Origin: an uncultured Acidiferrobacterales bacterium
Lineage (GTDB): Bacteria > Pseudomonadota > Gammaproteobacteria > Acidiferrobacterales > UBA6901
Assembly (NCBI GenBank): GCA_964368085.1
Contig: CAYJBG010000001.1
Span: 23,135-87,134 of the forward strand
Length of the DNA stretch: 64,000 nucleotides
Reading direction: 5' to 3'
The notes under the pieces are model-generated. The model was given only the letters and a program-made list of their open reading frames with translations, ran no database searches and was not told where the DNA came from. The translations under genes and the position numbers were made by a program. Shown here one piece after another: positions 47,701 through 56,367 of this stretch; the first letter of the stretch is position 1, and the number at the start of each line of letters is the position of its first letter.

Positions 47701-50700
47701 GGTCGCCGTCGCGAGCGACTCCTCTGCGCAGGCGATAGTCTATCGCCGCCATCAGGTGTTGCTGTGCGATCTGCCGCATCTCGATCCGGATCGCTTGCAA
47801 GCCCTTATTCCAGGCATCGAGGCGAAGCGGCTTTCGGTTGCAGGCGCGGAAAACGTCGCCGAACGCTATTGCCTCGCCGCTTTGGCATGTTTCGATGAAC
47901 TGCAATCTCTCCTGAAGAATGCACCCCAAGAGAAGACGCTGTTCCAGTTGGTCATCGGACACGAAGGAGATGATGCGCTGTTCGCCGGACTTTCCGGCCT
48001 GATCGATACGGCGAGATTGGAAAATCCCAATTTGGTCGGCCAAGTTGTTCTGACCGAACGCAACATTGATGAAAGAATGCTCGCCGTGCAGCTGCGTTCA
48101 TCGCAGGCGCGATCCGGCGATTCTCTGTTCAAGCATGTGGGAAAGGCGCAAAGCGTATTGCGTTGGAATCCCCAGGAAGTCCGAGGCGCCGGCAGCATCA
48201 CCTTCAGGAATCGGGGCGTGTATCTGATCACCGGCGGCCTCGGCGGGCTGGGCGTCCTGTTCGCCAGAGAAATCCTCGAGCGGTCCGAAGGCGCAGTCGT
48301 GGTCCTGACTGGCCGCTCCGATTTTAACGCGGAAAACCGCTCTACGCTCGAGCAATTGTCCGCACAGCTGTCCATTCCGGCCGGTCGGCTCGTTTACCGT
48401 AAACTCGATCTGAATAGGTTGAATCAGGTCGAAGCCCTGGTAGCGGGCATCGCCCTGGAGTTCGGCGGCCTCAATGGCGTCATCCACGGCGCGGGGATGA
48501 ACCGGGACAACTTCATCATCAACAAGACGCCCGCCGAATTCGCGCAGGTGCTGGAGCCGAAGGTCGTCGGCACGACCAATCTGGATTTGGCCACGCAGCA
48601 CACGGATCTCGATTTCATGGTGTTGTTTTCGTCCATCGCGTCAGCGTTGGGCAATGTCGGTCAGGCGGACTATGCGGCAGCGAATGGCTTCATGGATCAG
48701 TTTGCGGCCTACCGCAACCGTTTGGTCGGTGCCAATCGCCGGCGCGGCAAAACGCTGTCGATCAATTGGCCCTTGTGGCAGGAAGGGGGCATGCAGCTCG
48801 ATGCGGTAACGCGTGATCTGTTGACGCAGACCTCGGGAATGCTGCCCTTGAAGACGGCGAGCGGCATGCAGGCGTTCCATCGGAGCCTCGAGCTGGACTC
48901 CGGCCAGGCCTTGGTCATCGAAGGCCATCTCGACCGGCTGCGCCGCGCGCTGCAGAATCGGCACGCCCCCGTCGTCGCCGAACAGCCGGCGGTTTCCGCA
49001 ACCGCCACGCATGTCGATATGAGCAAACTTCTGGAAAAGACGCAGCGCTATCTGAGCGATCAGTTTTCGAGTCTGTTGAATATCCCTCCGCACGAAGTCG
49101 ATGCGAAAGCGCCGATGGAGAAATACGGAATGGATTCCGTATTGGCGATGAAGCTGACGAATCAATTGGAGCGCACCTTTGGCTCGCTGTCGAAGACGCT
49201 GTTCTTCGAATACCAGACGATCGCGAGCCTTGCAGGCTATCTGGTAAAGGCGTTTCCCGATATCGTCCAGGCAAAGACGGGCGCAGAGCCCAGCGATGCC
49301 ACGCGTCACGAACCGCTGCTGAAAGCTCCCGTTAGCAACAGATTGTCACCGTCGATCCGAAGCAAAGGCCGCTTCGTGGCGCCAGCGGTGCAAGGCGACG
49401 ACGAGATAGCTATCATTGGCGTCGGCGGAAGATACCCATTGGCGAAGGATCTGCGTGAATTTTGGGAAAACCTGAAGAGCGGTCGCGACTGCATCACCGA
49501 AATTCCGCAGGACCGGTGGGATCACGCGCCGTTCTACGATCCAGCGCGCAATCGGCCGGGCAAAACCTACAGCAAGTGGGGTGGATTCATATCCGGCGTC
49601 GATCAGTTCGATGCCCTGTTCTTCAACATTTCTCCGAAGGAAGCGGAACTGATCGACCCGCAAGAGCGCCTGTTCATCGAGACGGTCTGGGAAACGATCG
49701 AAGATGCGGGGTACAGTAAAGACGCGATCGCCCAGAACCGCGTCGGCGTCTATGTGGGCGTCATGTGGGGGCAATATGAGCTGTACGGGGCGATATCGGC
49801 CGGCTCCGGGGCTCCAAGCTCGTCGTTCGCGTCGATCGCCAATCGCGTCTCCTATTTCTTCAATTTTCAAGGCCCGAGCCTAGCACTCGACACGATGTGC
49901 TCTTCATCGCTCACGGCCATGCATTTGGCGAGTGAGGAGCTGCGTAAGGGAGCGATCGATGTCGCCATCGCCGGCGGCGTCAATGTGTCTATCCATCCCA
50001 GCAAATACCTCAGCCTGAGCCAGGGCAATTTCGCATCGACCGATGGCCGATGCCGTAGTTTCGGCGCAGGCGGGGACGGTTACGTGCCGGGCGAGGGCGT
50101 GGGTGCCGTTCTTCTCAAGCCGTTGGAAAAAGCCATTCGCGACGGCGATCAAATTTATGCCGTCGTGAAAGCGAGTGCCATCAATCATGGCGGTAAAACC
50201 AACGGCTATACCGTACCCAATCCCATCGCGCAGTCGGACCTGATCCTCGACGCGCTCAATAAAGCCAAGGTGGATCCCGCAACCATCGGCTATATCGAGA
50301 CCCATGGCACGGGGACGTCTTTGGGAGATCCGATCGAAATCACCGGCTTGGTGAAGGCTTTCGACGGTGCCGGCCAGCAGGGCCAGTCGCGCGGAAAACA
50401 GTTCTGCCCCATCGGATCGGTCAAGTCGAACATCGGTCACCTCGAATCCGCCGCCGGAATCGCCGCAGTCACGAAGGTTCTACTGCAGCTCAAGCACCAG
50501 CAACTCGTACCTTCGCTGCATGCCGAGCGCCTCAACCCGCACATCGATTTCCCGGATACCCCGTTCTACGTGCAGACGTCGCTCGAGGACTGGAAGCGTC
50601 CGGCGGGCCATCCGCGCCGCGTCGGCGTCAGCTCGTTCGGCGCCGGTGGTTCCAACGCGCATTTGATATTGGAGGAATTCGTTGACACCCGAGGGCCGGC

Positions 50701-53700
50701 GCCGCGCCAGGATCGTCCGGAGGCATTCGTACTTTCGGCGAAGAATCGCGAATCCCTGTTCGCCTATGCGGGGAAGATGGTCGAATTCCTCGATGAAGCG
50801 TCCGATCTGTCGCTCATGGACATCGTCTTCACCTCCCAGGTCGGCCGCACGCCGATGCAGGAGCGTCTGGTAGTCATCGCGTCGAACAAGTCGGCGCTGA
50901 AGGACAAGCTGCGGCAATGGCGGCGGGAATCCCAGACCGGCGACCTGCGGACGAAACGATCCGGCGTTCTCGCGATCGAGGATGTGATCGATGGCAGCAC
51001 CAAGGACACGCAATCGAGCGCCGGCGCACTGATCGAAGGCGATGCCGGCAAGGCGTTCTTGCAGCTGACGCTCGAGAAAAGAGATCTCGCGAAGCTGGCG
51101 AAACTGTGGGTCACCGGCCTGGAGATCGACTGGTCTGCGCTTTACCGCACGGAACATCCGAAGCGGGTGTCCCTGCCAACGTATCCGTTCGCGAGGGAGC
51201 GGTACTGGATCGATGCGCCCGTGGCGCTCGGCGCTCAGCCCGGACAAGAAGTGCGCAAGCAGATGCTGTATTACCGGACCGAATGGAGTTCGACCCAGCC
51301 CGTTGCCGCAAGCGATGGTCGAAGCGCTGCCGGTCCGCTGTTGTTCCTGGGTGCCGACGAACAACTGTTCGCGGAATTCGAGCGCCAAACCTGGGGGGCG
51401 GCGGTCGTAGCGGTGAAGTACGGAGACGGCTACCGGCAGCTCGGGCCGAACATCTATTGCGTCGACCATCAGTCGGAACGCGATTTTGTCTTGCTCATCG
51501 AGGATCTGAAATCGAAGGGCGCGATGCCCGGGACGATCGTCCACTTCGTCGACGAGACAGGCGAACTCCGACAGCAACTCGATCGAGGCGTTTTCGCACT
51601 TCACTACCTGTGCAAGGCGGTGATGAAGCAGAAGCCAAAAGACGCCGTGAGGATAGTCTCCTTGCAGAAGCAAGAAACCGCCGAACACACTGCGCTCCAT
51701 CGTGCCCTGGCCGGCTATCTCAAGAGCCTGGCGCTGGAGAATCCGAAATTCTCGTGGAAGGTCGTTTCCGTGGACGGCGAGCCTGCTGCCGAGGAAACCG
51801 CGCGCGCCGTGTCGGATGAGTTGCGCGACGCCAACTGGCGCGATGGCGAAGTGCGCTATCTCTACGAACAGCAGGGCGATCGCTTCGTTTCGCGCCGACA
51901 GGTCATGCAGATGAAGCGCTACGCGCCTCGCGCCATCGAGAAGGCGAAAGAGGCGAATGTGGCCGTCAAACAGAACGGCGTCTACATCGTCATCGGCGGC
52001 CTGGGCGGGCTGGGGTACATCTTCAGCGAGTACCTGGCGAAGCAATACGGTGCGAAATTGGTGCTGACTGGGCGCTCCGCGCTCGACGCCGATCTACACA
52101 CCAAGCTCGCTATGCTGAAGTCCTACAGCAACGACGTTATCTATGTTCAGGCGGACGTTTCTGTTCAAGAGCAAGCCGAGGCGGTCGTTAACGAGGCCAA
52201 ACGCAAGTTCTCGCGCATAAATGGCGTCATCCACAGTGCGGGCGTGAATCGGGATTCTTTCGTATTGAACAAGACGCGAGAAGAGATGGAGCCCGTGTTC
52301 GCCGCCAAGATCATGGGGACGATCAACCTCGATCGGGCGACCAAGGATGAAGACCTCGATCTGTTCGTCCTGTTCTCGTCGGTCGCCGGCGCGCTCGGAA
52401 ATATAGGGCAGTGCGACTACGCCTTCGCGAATAATTTCCTCGATGTGTACGCGGAGCAAAGGCAGGCATTAGTCTCATCGCGGGAACGATCTGGAAAAAC
52501 CCTGTCGATCAACTGGCCGTTTTGGGAAGACGGCGGGATGCGGATTTCCAAGAGCGATATCGACTTGATGGAGAGGCGTTCGGGCATCTCTCCGCTTCCA
52601 ACGGAAATCGGAATCCGGTATTGGGAAACCTTCTTGCAATCGGAGGAGACGCAAGGCATCGCCCTGTACGGCGATCCTTCGCAGATCGACGCCTACCTGT
52701 CGCGCAGCGCCACGGAACAGAAGCCTTCGGTCCGGTCTGAGATGCGAGCGGAGGATGCGCAGTCGCTGCGCGAAGCGACCGAAAACTACCTCAAAACCCT
52801 GCTGAGCGAGCAGATCAAGCTTTCTGCCGACCGCATCGACTCGCAGGAACGTTTCGAGGCCTTCGGCGTCGACTCAATGATGATCAGCCGGATCAACGCC
52901 GACCTGGAGCGCGATCTCGGCGACCTGCCAAAAACGCTGTTCTACGAGTACGCCACCATCGAGGAACTGGCCGGGTACTTGATCGAGGAGGCGCAGCCTG
53001 CATTGGTCCGGCGCTTCGACGTGCCGGCCTCCGTAAATACCGTCGTCAAGGAGGCCACAGCCACCGCCATCCCCGTCGCGAGAGCGCCGATCCACAGTCC
53101 AGAGAAAGAGTCGGAAGAAATCGCGATCATCGGCGTGCATGGCCACTTCCCCCGCTCCGAGTCCCTGGCGGAGTACTGGCGTAACCTGAGAGAAGGCCGA
53201 GACCTCATCGATCTGGTGCCGGAAAGCCGCTGGGATCTCCACGAATTCTTCGATGCCGATCCCGACAACGCCAAACAGGGAAAGATTTACTGCAAGTGGG
53301 GCGGATTCCTGGACGACTTCGACAAGTTCGACGCGGCGTTCTTCAGCGTCGCGCCGGAAGACGCGCGATTGATCGATCCCCAGGAGCGCTTGTTCATACA
53401 GTCCGTATGGGCGGCTGTCGAAGATGCGGGTTACACCAGAGACAGCCTGAAGAAGCGCTATCCCAAAGCCAAGAGCGCCGACGTCGGGGTTTTCGTCGGC
53501 GTGACGACCAACACGTACCATCTGCTGACGCCGGAAGAGTGGAATCGCGGCAACATGGTGACGCCCGGGTCGCTACCCTGGTCGATCGCCAACCGGGTGT
53601 CGTATTTCTTCGATTTCCAGGGTCCCAGCATGCCGGTCGACACCGCGTGCTCGTCGTCGCTGGCGGCGATCCATCTTGCCTGCGAAAGCCTGAAGAGGAA

Positions 53701-55876
53701 GGAATGCCAGGTGGCCGTCGCCGGCGGCGTCAATCTCTACTTGCACCCCTCGAAGTATCAATCGCTCTGCCGCAGACGCATGCTGGCGGTTGACGGCAAG
53801 TGCCGCAGTTTCGGCGATGGCGGCGACGGATTCATTCCAGGCGAGGGCGTGGGCACGTTTTTGCTCAAGCCCCTGGCAAGAGCGATCGAGGACCGCGACC
53901 ATATTTACGGCGTGGTCGCCGCCAGCGCGTGCGAACACAGCGGCCGTTCGAACGGGTATTCCGCACCCAACCCGAATTCGCAGGCGATTCTGATCGAACA
54001 AACCCTGAACAAGGCGGGTATCGACCCCGAGTCCATTGGATACGTCGAGGGGCACGGTACCGGAACGCAATTGGGCGACAGCCTCGAAATCGTTTCGTTG
54101 ACGCAAGCGTTCCGTAAGCGCACGCAGAAAAAACGCTACTGCCCACTGGGATCTGTGAAGGCGAACGTCGGCCATTCGGAATCCGCGGCGGGGATCGCCG
54201 GCGTGGCGAAAATACTGTTGCAGTTCAAGCATCGGGAGATCGCGCCGACCATTCACTCCGAAAAGGTCAATCCCAATATCGATTTCAAAAATTCTCCTTT
54301 CTATTTGCAGCACGAGCTATCGCCGTGGAACGCGCCGGCCGGGCATCCACGCCGGGCGATGATCAATTCCTTCGGCGCGGGCGGCGTCAATTCTTGTCTG
54401 ATCCTCGAAGAATACGAACGGCCCGAAAGCGATGAAATCGCCGCAGGAAAGGGGCCGTATCTCGTCGTTCTGTCGGCGAAAAACGAACGGCGGCTCAGGG
54501 AAAGCGCGACCCGCTTGCGCAATCATTTGCAGGCGAGAAATGACATCGCCCCCGGCGACATCGACCTCGGCGGGCTGTCCTATACCCTGCAGGTCGGGCG
54601 TGAAGCGATGGACGAAAGACTGGCCGTCGTCGTCACCAGCGTGGACGAGCTGTTGAACGAGTTGTCCGCGCTGGTGGCGAGCGCGGCCAGCGCTGCATCG
54701 TCGAAACTCGTCCTGGGCCGCGTCGAGCCGCACCGCAGGAAGAAGTCGCCCAAGCAAGACGAAAGAGAGCGAACGAAATCCCTGTTCGATCGCGGAGACC
54801 TCGATCCGCTCGCGCGGATGTGGGTCGAAGGGCACGCCATCGAATGGGGCGATTTCTATGGCAGAGACCGCCCTTACCGGTTGCCGCTTCCCACCTATCC
54901 GTTTGCCAGGGAACGTTACTGGGTGTCGGATTCGCCGCTCCCGGAGAAGCGGATGGCCGCCCAGCCAAAGATCACGAAGATCGCTCAATTGCATCCCTTG
55001 GTCTCCCTCAACGTATCGACCTTGAAGGAAGTGTGCTTCTCGTCTTTGTTGTCGGGCAGGGAATATTACGGGCGAGACCATCAAGTTAACGGGGAACTGT
55101 TCTTCCCCGGGGCCGGGTTCCTGGAGATTGCCTGCATCAGCGGGACGATCGCGAGCGAAAAGCCGGTGACTCGTATCGAAGATATCGTCTGGATCCAGCC
55201 GCTCAGGCTCACGACCGGGGACCATCTGGTCAAAACGTTCCTGAAGTCTAACGGCAACAGCACGGAGTATGTGATCGTCTCGTTCAACGATGACAACGAG
55301 CGGGTTTTGCATTCGGAAGGCCGGGTGCTCTACGGGACCGAGAGTAATGAGGCTCAGGCCGTCTATTCGATCCAGGAACTGAAGAATCGCGCCGGGAAGA
55401 CCGTGCAGGGATCGGATTGTTACAGGCAACTCGAAGGCTTCGGCTTGCGTTACGGCCCGTGCTTTCAGACCATCCAAAAGTTATACATCGGCGACAGTTT
55501 CGTGCTCTCCAAACTGAACCTCGCCGAAGAACTGAAAAACGACTTCGAGCAATACATCCTTCATCCATGCATCATCGATGCCGCCCTGCAGACGGTCATC
55601 GGTATGGCCGCGGAAGGGGAGCCGGATACGCCATATTTGCCTTTCGCTTTGGACGGAGTAGAGATCTTGCGGCCGTTGTCGGAGACCTGCTACGCCTATG
55701 TCGAGCATTCCGTATCGGAGCATCCTGCCAAGTCGGATATAAAGCAATTCAATATCCGGTTGCTGAGCGAAAGCGGCAGCGTGCTGGTGCGGCTGAACAA
55801 CTTCTACGTGCGGGCGCTTCGCAGCGCACGAAGCAGCGTGTGGGACGAGACTGACGGCCTTTTGTTGATGAAGTGA
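42032..55876 (+). CDS. Trans-AT polyketide synthase 3 (~4614 aa): DH-KR-ACP / KS-DH-KR-ACP / KS-KR-ACP / KS-DH (no terminal ACP or TE)
   Basis: Uninterrupted 13.8-kb ORF. The start is set at ATG 42032 (MNTMIDFIEYVV..., aagaaaga upstream) because ATG 42002 lies in the loop of a 14-bp hairpin. It has three KS domains and ends ...NNFYVRALRSARSSVWDETDGLLLMK directly after a DH. Confidence 0.95.
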   Translation: MNTMIDFIEYVVSELKGRRLSKENVLNLIRQFSGNSASSGKSSVIHPLLQRNISDIHQQRYRSSFDGDEFFLSDHQVVADGGDLLSVLPGVAYLEMAMVAVADALPDVSSAERVQLKDVVWIKPFVVAERKELFIALSAAGSDMITIEFEVFSEEFVDEGQVDEVVHCRGTATFGHCETPERLDIESLEKRAASGQINASAVYPAYLKMGMKFGPAHQAVSRVFRGEREVVARLALPSAVSGTLEEYALHPSLMDGALQAAIGLLGDLQQLPGRPSLPFALESLRAFSGCKQDMVAWIRHAKDSSPHDKVTKLDIDLCDDEGNICVQLRGFSSRTLSASPDIRKRPLSEKIGQQVGLILANPVWKRSEIENAGAASAAQHHVPQHHVLFCDLPGVSAARVQELMPNIRVHQVSAKSAGMAERFLETALSCFETVRKIIKAKTEVGARSGAFIHIAVPDELDANLLIGLSGLLKSAALENPDVQGQLLLVDGRVASDEMLSRLRAESGQAKDAIVRYREGVRQVLALQEFHASSATPEIAFKEGGVYLVTGGLGGLGTLFAKEILRQTVHAKIILTGRAELSEGVREKLKALAAEDAAERRIEYRALDLANPDQVRQLVADIEARYRQLNGIIHSAGMIADNFIAKKTPEEFAQVLAPKVFGAVNLDSASQDLDLDFLVLFSSGASIMGNVGQSDYAVANGFLDQFADYRNRLVVTGQRKGKTLSINWPLWQDGGMHMPQHDQDAMRETTGMHPMQTHTGIHAFYRCLEAQQQTVVIEGQLEKIRHILFDGHKAPSESAPQESTPAIGGAVEKPLGDLSEQTRDYLRKQFADLFKLPYSKVDSRAPLEKYGIDSILAMDLTRQLEKTFGSLSKTLFFEHQTIDELTDYFLRSHPSKLTSIFKVPNQAHAQVQVASSKSPADAPSPAALRLARTSATRKLRREHEPAAAAPIYSARNDEPIAIVGLSGRYPESTDIEAFWENLRDGKDCIVEVPKDRWDWREYYSEDRTTEGCHYSKWGGFITGVDEFDPLFFNIPPVDAELIDPQERLFLQHAWMAIEDAGHTRASLKVAHQEGQAGQVGVYVGVMYGEYQLFGAESSLQGKRMGIPQSYASIANRVSYFLNLHGPSMTLDSMCSSSLTAIHLACQDLKQGRTNLAIAGGVNVTIHPNKYFILSAGQFISSDGHCQSFGEGGDGYIAGEGVGAVVLKRLSEAEKDGNHIYGVIKGSALNHGGKTNGYSVPNPKAQASVIALALQEYGVDARHVSYIEAHGTGTKLGDPIEIAALTQVFREYTKERQFCAIGSAKSNIGHCESAAGIAGLTKVLLQMKNRMIVPSLHSAVLNPYIDFEASPFVVNQTLRAWDQPEVDGKRVPRIAGISSFGAGGSNAHLIVEEYPVYGSAGSASPCNELESPHARAIIPLSARTNGQLKRKVEDLLAFIKRHEYAIDLHSMAYTLQVGREAMDVRLAFVVGSIAQLVEKLESYSRDEQGIDQCFYAQVEQDKDSMSVLSQDDDMMEAIDKWIARKKLAKLADIWVKSLDIDWRKLHTDRKPSLISLPTYPFARDRYWVTRAVGRSATSRPGAPVLHPLLHTNTSDFFQQSYSSEFTGDESFLADHQIGADGGGKQKILPGVAYLEMVRAAVDLALPVRSGTRRLEIRNVAWVQPLTVDGKKRVSITLSPNGEGIVDFEVQTSEDDAQDQLIHCQGQVEVSSAARPNPLDIDALKARMTHGTMAPDGIYDAFRAMGIHYGPSFRCVATIHRGHDQLLAELNLPGGLDQNNNDYYILHPGLLDSALQASIGLVADLDSLPNQPSVPFALDSIVLVAPCASRMFAWVRQAEGGQPGNGIGKVDIDLCDQDGNLCALLTGLASRTMHTRADQDSIGLLLACPSWEEVAVASDSSAQAIVYRRHQVLLCDLPHLDPDRLQALIPGIEAKRLSVAGAENVAERYCLAALACFDELQSLLKNAPQEKTLFQLVIGHEGDDALFAGLSGLIDTARLENPNLVGQVVLTERNIDERMLAVQLRSSQARSGDSLFKHVGKAQSVLRWNPQEVRGAGSITFRNRGVYLITGGLGGLGVLFAREILERSEGAVVVLTGRSDFNAENRSTLEQLSAQLSIPAGRLVYRKLDLNRLNQVEALVAGIALEFGGLNGVIHGAGMNRDNFIINKTPAEFAQVLEPKVVGTTNLDLATQHTDLDFMVLFSSIASALGNVGQADYAAANGFMDQFAAYRNRLVGANRRRGKTLSINWPLWQEGGMQLDAVTRDLLTQTSGMLPLKTASGMQAFHRSLELDSGQALVIEGHLDRLRRALQNRHAPVVAEQPAVSATATHVDMSKLLEKTQRYLSDQFSSLLNIPPHEVDAKAPMEKYGMDSVLAMKLTNQLERTFGSLSKTLFFEYQTIASLAGYLVKAFPDIVQAKTGAEPSDATRHEPLLKAPVSNRLSPSIRSKGRFVAPAVQGDDEIAIIGVGGRYPLAKDLREFWENLKSGRDCITEIPQDRWDHAPFYDPARNRPGKTYSKWGGFISGVDQFDALFFNISPKEAELIDPQERLFIETVWETIEDAGYSKDAIAQNRVGVYVGVMWGQYELYGAISAGSGAPSSSFASIANRVSYFFNFQGPSLALDTMCSSSLTAMHLASEELRKGAIDVAIAGGVNVSIHPSKYLSLSQGNFASTDGRCRSFGAGGDGYVPGEGVGAVLLKPLEKAIRDGDQIYAVVKASAINHGGKTNGYTVPNPIAQSDLILDALNKAKVDPATIGYIETHGTGTSLGDPIEITGLVKAFDGAGQQGQSRGKQFCPIGSVKSNIGHLESAAGIAAVTKVLLQLKHQQLVPSLHAERLNPHIDFPDTPFYVQTSLEDWKRPAGHPRRVGVSSFGAGGSNAHLILEEFVDTRGPAPRQDRPEAFVLSAKNRESLFAYAGKMVEFLDEASDLSLMDIVFTSQVGRTPMQERLVVIASNKSALKDKLRQWRRESQTGDLRTKRSGVLAIEDVIDGSTKDTQSSAGALIEGDAGKAFLQLTLEKRDLAKLAKLWVTGLEIDWSALYRTEHPKRVSLPTYPFARERYWIDAPVALGAQPGQEVRKQMLYYRTEWSSTQPVAASDGRSAAGPLLFLGADEQLFAEFERQTWGAAVVAVKYGDGYRQLGPNIYCVDHQSERDFVLLIEDLKSKGAMPGTIVHFVDETGELRQQLDRGVFALHYLCKAVMKQKPKDAVRIVSLQKQETAEHTALHRALAGYLKSLALENPKFSWKVVSVDGEPAAEETARAVSDELRDANWRDGEVRYLYEQQGDRFVSRRQVMQMKRYAPRAIEKAKEANVAVKQNGVYIVIGGLGGLGYIFSEYLAKQYGAKLVLTGRSALDADLHTKLAMLKSYSNDVIYVQADVSVQEQAEAVVNEAKRKFSRINGVIHSAGVNRDSFVLNKTREEMEPVFAAKIMGTINLDRATKDEDLDLFVLFSSVAGALGNIGQCDYAFANNFLDVYAEQRQALVSSRERSGKTLSINWPFWEDGGMRISKSDIDLMERRSGISPLPTEIGIRYWETFLQSEETQGIALYGDPSQIDAYLSRSATEQKPSVRSEMRAEDAQSLREATENYLKTLLSEQIKLSADRIDSQERFEAFGVDSMMISRINADLERDLGDLPKTLFYEYATIEELAGYLIEEAQPALVRRFDVPASVNTVVKEATATAIPVARAPIHSPEKESEEIAIIGVHGHFPRSESLAEYWRNLREGRDLIDLVPESRWDLHEFFDADPDNAKQGKIYCKWGGFLDDFDKFDAAFFSVAPEDARLIDPQERLFIQSVWAAVEDAGYTRDSLKKRYPKAKSADVGVFVGVTTNTYHLLTPEEWNRGNMVTPGSLPWSIANRVSYFFDFQGPSMPVDTACSSSLAAIHLACESLKRKECQVAVAGGVNLYLHPSKYQSLCRRRMLAVDGKCRSFGDGGDGFIPGEGVGTFLLKPLARAIEDRDHIYGVVAASACEHSGRSNGYSAPNPNSQAILIEQTLNKAGIDPESIGYVEGHGTGTQLGDSLEIVSLTQAFRKRTQKKRYCPLGSVKANVGHSESAAGIAGVAKILLQFKHREIAPTIHSEKVNPNIDFKNSPFYLQHELSPWNAPAGHPRRAMINSFGAGGVNSCLILEEYERPESDEIAAGKGPYLVVLSAKNERRLRESATRLRNHLQARNDIAPGDIDLGGLSYTLQVGREAMDERLAVVVTSVDELLNELSALVASAASAASSKLVLGRVEPHRRKKSPKQDERERTKSLFDRGDLDPLARMWVEGHAIEWGDFYGRDRPYRLPLPTYPFARERYWVSDSPLPEKRMAAQPKITKIAQLHPLVSLNVSTLKEVCFSSLLSGREYYGRDHQVNGELFFPGAGFLEIACISGTIASEKPVTRIEDIVWIQPLRLTTGDHLVKTFLKSNGNSTEYVIVSFNDDNERVLHSEGRVLYGTESNEAQAVYSIQELKNRAGKTVQGSDCYRQLEGFGLRYGPCFQTIQKLYIGDSFVLSKLNLAEELKNDFEQYILHPCIIDAALQTVIGMAAEGEPDTPYLPFALDGVEILRPLSETCYAYVEHSVSEHPAKSDIKQFNIRLLSESGSVLVRLNNFYVRALRSARSSVWDETDGLLLMK
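44900..49250 (+). other. PKS module 8: KS8-DH8-KR8-ACP8
   Basis: KS8 ~44900-46206 (SMCSSS, Cys 45427). DH8 ~46775-47642 (LADHQIGADGGGKQKILPGVAYLEM; HPGLLDSALQ). KR8 ~47670-48960 (GVYLITGGLGGLG ~48214). ACP8 ~49028-49250 (GMDSVLAMKL). Confidence 0.85.
49399..52985 (+). other. PKS module 9: KS9-KR9-ACP9
   Basis: KS9 ~49399-50680 (TMCSSS, Cys 49898; ETHGTGT; NIGHLE). KR9 ~51260-52690 (GVYIVIGGLGGLG ~51976; HSAGVNRD). ACP9 ~52765-52985 (FGVDSMMISRI). No DH. Confidence 0.85.
53114..55825 (+). other. PKS module 10 (incomplete in this window): KS10-DH10, no carrier or release domain
   Basis: KS10 ~53114-54416 (TACSSS, Cys 53648; EGHGTGT; NVGHSE). DH10 ~54989-55825 (GRDHQVNGELFFPGAGFLEI; HPCIIDAALQ). 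The ORF stops at 55876, about 17 codons later. Confidence 0.85.
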
Positions 55877-55885
55877 TTGCCGGGG

Positions 55886-56356
55886 ATGAGTGTAATGAGC
55901 AAAGCAGCAATAAAATCCAGGATGCCACCGCCGCTCCCATTTTTATTGGGCGTGGTTGCAGGACTAGTGTGTGACTGGTTTTGGCCTTGGCGGATCACGT
56001 GCTATCCCTATGCGTTCACTGTCGGAATCTTGCTAATCGGGGCGGTAGTCGTTTTGCTGATGGCCTTGACGCGAGCGTTCAAAAAGCACGGCACGCCCGC
56101 GGATCCGGTAAAAGAAACTACAGTGATCATTGACGCTGGTCTGTTCAGGTTATCGCGCAATCCGGCTTACGTTACCGTGGCGGTTCTACAAGCGGCTGTC
56201 GGATTTATTCTCAACAACGCATGGATATTACTGTTGATATTACCGGCGATGATCGTCATTCATTATGTTGTTGTCCTTCGCGAGGAAGCTTACTTGGAGG
56301 CTACGTTCGGCAACGAGTACCTGAAGTACAAGACGCGGGTTCGGCGTTGGATATAG
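55886..56356 (+). CDS. ICMT/PEMT-family integral-membrane methyltransferase
   Basis: About 4-5 predicted TM helices. Family signature GLFRLSRNPAYV...VLREEAYLEATFGNEYLKYKTRVRRWI. Alternative starts are TTG 55877 (abutting the PKS3 stop at 55874-55876) and ATG 55895. Confidence 0.75.
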   Translation: MSVMSKAAIKSRMPPPLPFLLGVVAGLVCDWFWPWRITCYPYAFTVGILLIGAVVVLLMALTRAFKKHGTPADPVKETTVIIDAGLFRLSRNPAYVTVAVLQAAVGFILNNAWILLLILPAMIVIHYVVVLREEAYLEATFGNEYLKYKTRVRRWI

Positions 56357-56367
56357 CGGAGCAATTT

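Noticed and set aside
9219-55876. Search for NRPS (HHxxxDG condensation, A-domain cores), integrated AT (GHSxG), ER or TE domains within the megasynthases
   Set aside because: None was found by eye. The only adenylation motifs are in the discrete ligase, and the only GHSxG is in the discrete AT. The cluster is therefore called a pure trans-AT PKS. An HMM scan should confirm this.
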